Part shown: positions 61,184 to 64,000 of the stretch, piece after piece
Layout: every line of letters begins with the position of its first letter
Numbering within the stretch: the stretch's first letter is position 1
Assembly: GCA_025558095.1 (NCBI GenBank)
Contig: JAIVFI010000010.1
Span: forward strand, 372,001 to 436,000
DNA: 64,000 nucleotides
Direction of reading: 5' to 3'
Origin: Hyaloraphidium curvatum SAG 235-1
Lineage: Eukaryota > Fungi > Monoblepharomycota
The notes under the pieces: model-generated
Databases searched by the model: none
What the model saw: the letters and a program-made list of their open reading frames with translations, nothing else
What the model was told of the DNA's origin: nothing
Made by a program: the position numbers and the translations under genes

Positions 61184-62348
61184 TCAATCTCTCCACGTAA
61201 CCTCCACCTCGTCCGTGCGGAAACGCTGGGTGCACGTCGTGTCCTCGAACTTTGTCGGCCCGCTGCTCTTGAACTCCAGCACGCCGGCCTGGGCGATCAT
61301 GAGCCCGTTGTCGATGCAGAACCGGTCGTCCGTGGCGTAGAGCACGCCGTCCCGCTGCTTCACCATCGCCTCCATCATCTCTTGCAATCTGATGTTGCAG
61401 CCGACGCCTCCGACGATCATGACCTCGGACGAGCCGACGTGGGCCATCGCCCGCTCCGTGATCTCCACCAGCATCGCGAACGCCGTCTCCTGCAGGCTGA
61501 AGCACAGGTCCTCCGCGGTAACGCGCCCTTTCGGAAGCTGCTCCGCCGCCACGGTCTCGATGGCGGTCAGGATCCCCGAGAAGGACACGTCCATGCCCTT
61601 GACGGTATAGGGCAGCTCGACAAACTTCTTCCCCTTCTTCGCCATCTGCTCGATGTTGTAGCCAGGCGCCGGGTCGTTGGAAATGTTCAAGATCCGCGCG
61701 AAACGGTCGAGCATGTTGCCGACCGCGATGTCGATCGTCTCGCCAAAGATGCGATAGCGGCGCGCCGAGTAGGCAATGACCTGGGTGTTGCCCCCAGAGA
61801 CGTAGAGGACCACCGGGTTGTTTGCCGCCGTGATCATCCGGCCCATTTCGATGTCTGGACGAGCGTGGCGGGTAAGTTTGCGCGAAGTTGGCCGGGACCG
61901 CCAAGAGACCAACGTGCAATGCAGTGGTTCACGCCCACGATGGGCTTCTTCCAGAGCATCGACAAGGTTCGAGCAACAACAGCGACGGAAATCAGAGGCG
62001 CGGCCATGCCGGGGCCTGAGATTCGGAGAACCGTGAGCCCTCCATCGCGACAACTTCTAGCAAGCTGTGGGCACCTTTCGTGTAGCAGATCACGTCCACA
62101 TCGATGGAACTGATCCCGGCCTCCTTCAATGCTTCCTGCGTCACGGCAAGGATGACGCTCCGGTGGTGCGCGGCCGTCTCGCGCGGCAGGAAGCCCTGCC
62201 CGGGCGGGGTGATGTAGGTCCGCCGCACGTTGGCTAGGGCGTGCGAGGTGCCGTCCGGGTCGTGTCGCAGGATGCCGACGCCAATTTTGTTGGCGGAGCC
62301 CTCGAAACCGATGGCGATGAGGGACCCGGCGGGCTTGGTGTGGACCAT
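61184..62348 (-). CDS. KAE1: tRNA N6-threonylcarbamoyladenosine (t6A) synthase Kae1/OSGEP, spliced
   Basis: [31 protein letters not shown]|GPGM, GVNHCIA|[29 protein letters not shown] and QRFRTDEV. Confidence 0.97.
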
Positions 62349-62411
62349 CACGGACGGGCGAGTCGTCCCGGTTTCTGAGAGTGATTCATTTGCGCGCGAC
62401 GCCACAAGGTG

Positions 62412-64000
62412 TTATTTGAGCATCTTGGACATGTACGGGCCATCGAGCTGCGAGAAAAGGGTCAGGAGAACATCCTCCACCATCTGCCGGGGTTGGAGCC
62501 CACCTCGTAGCCGAGCTTCCGGTAGTAATGCCGCGTACCGACGCCCGAGATCACCGAGATCTTGACGCTCCCGTGCTCCTCCTTCGCTATCCGCTCCGCC
62601 TCCTCCATGAGCAGCGTCCCGAAGCCCTGGTGCTGGAACTTGGTCGGATCCCGCGAGTGCACGGGCACCGCCGTCCCGTACACGTGGAGCTCGCGGACGA
62701 TCGAGGTCTGCCCCGCGTCCTTGAGCTCCGGGCGAAAGGTCGTCTCCGCGGAACACTTCCTCAGCCGCAGGAGGCCGATCAGAACGTCCTGCTCCGGGTC
62801 CTCGTAGGCCAAAAACGTCTCCCAGCCGCCGTTGGCGACGTAGTCCCTCCGCACCAGCTCCACCTCCTCCACGCGCACCTTGTTGTGCACCTCCTGGATC
62901 CCGACCTCGCGGGTCCGCACGTCGCGGCACTCTGTGCCCAGGTCCTTCATCCGCTGCAGCGCCAGCTCCCGCACGTTGCCGTGCTCCACGCCCGAGGTCA
63001 CGAGCGGCATCGGGATGTCGCGCTGGATCCGGTACACGCGCGTCCACGGCGGGATGAGGGCCAGGATCTTGGCCACGAGGTCCACGAGCACGTTGGGCGG
63101 GTAGTTTTTGTAGCGGCCTGTGCGCCAGAGCTCGTACAGCCCCGTCCCGCGGATCACGAGGGTCGGGTAGAGCTTCAGTCCGTCCGGCCGGAAGGCCGGG
63201 TTCTCGAACAGCTCCTTGAACTGCTCGATGTCGCGCTCGATGGGCACGTTGGGCAGGTTCGGCATCATGTGCGTCACCACCTTGTACCCGGCGTCCTTGC
63301 TCAGGGCAAAGGACTCGCACACGGCCTTGACCGTGTGCCCGCGGTTCGTGTCCCTCGCAACGTCCTCGTACACGCTCTGTACCCCGATCTCGAGCCGCGT
63401 GCACCCGTACCGCAGCATCTGGCCCAGGTGCTGCTTCATGCAGTAGTCCGGGCGGGTCTCGATGGTGATGCCGATGACCTTGCTCCGCCCCTGCTCCGAC
63501 ATGCGCACGGCCTCGTCCACGTCGGCGCTCTGGAACCCCGAGCACGCGTCGTGCAGCCGCGAGATGAACCAGTCGCGGTACTCCTGGTCCAGGCTCATGA
63601 AGGTGCCGCCCATGATGATGTACTCGACCTTGTCGACCGAGTGGCCCAGCGAGCGGAGCTGCTCCATGCGCGCGCGCGCCTGCTCGTACGGGTCGTACCG
63701 GGCGCGGATCGCGCGCATCGAGGTGGGCTCGTAGCCCGTGTACGACTGCGTCGAGTACTCAAAGTCCGAGTCGGGGCCGCCGGGGCTGTCTCGCGTTAGG
63801 CGGGCCCGCGGCGGGAAAAACAAGGCGCTCGGCGCTTACCAGTAGACGCAGATGTTGCCCGTCGTGGCGATGTGCGGACACCGGTGAGGCTTGCACATGA
63901 CGGCGACGACGGCGATCTAGACAGAGGTGGGCCAGCTGTCAGTCCGACTCCACACTCCGCGGTATGTCAACGCACCCCGCTTGCGGTCCGCACTGGCCTG
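62412..64000 (-). CDS. ELP3: Elongator catalytic subunit Elp3 (radical SAM plus KAT domains), 5' end outside the window
   Basis: [25 protein letters not shown]|[44 protein letters not shown] and [13 protein letters not shown]. Confidence 0.97.

Overview
Gene-dense, GC-rich eukaryotic DNA, almost certainly fungal (Zn2Cys6 domain, GH18-CBM18 chitinase). The short 45-70 nt GT-AG introns with CTGAC/CTAAC branch points suggest an early-diverging, chytrid/monoblepharid-like fungus, which is an inference. About 26 mostly spliced genes are present: chitinase, LHS1, RPL40, RNF121, a class I phosphodiesterase, UTP18, REV1, a CaMKK-like kinase, a head-to-head pair of ABCG half-transporters, malate synthase, citrate synthase, FAB1, kinesin-1, an FHA kinase, ZNG1, SDRs, STK19, a bacterial-type arsC, GTPBP2, KAE1 and a partial ELP3. 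Two identical U4 snRNA genes lie inside a ~545 bp direct duplication. The standout is a large spliced orphan gene (~25.9-31.5 kb, minus strand) that fuses a Zn2Cys6 cluster and several Cys/His modules to two tandem serine-recombinase (resolvase/IS607 TnpA-like) domains; a 36 bp tandem duplication over the neighbouring malate synthase stop codon lies just upstream of it. An intron in HSDL2 appears to have arisen by tandem duplication of the preceding exon segment. All calls come from motif reading and manual splicing, with no database searches, and exon boundaries are approximate unless stated.
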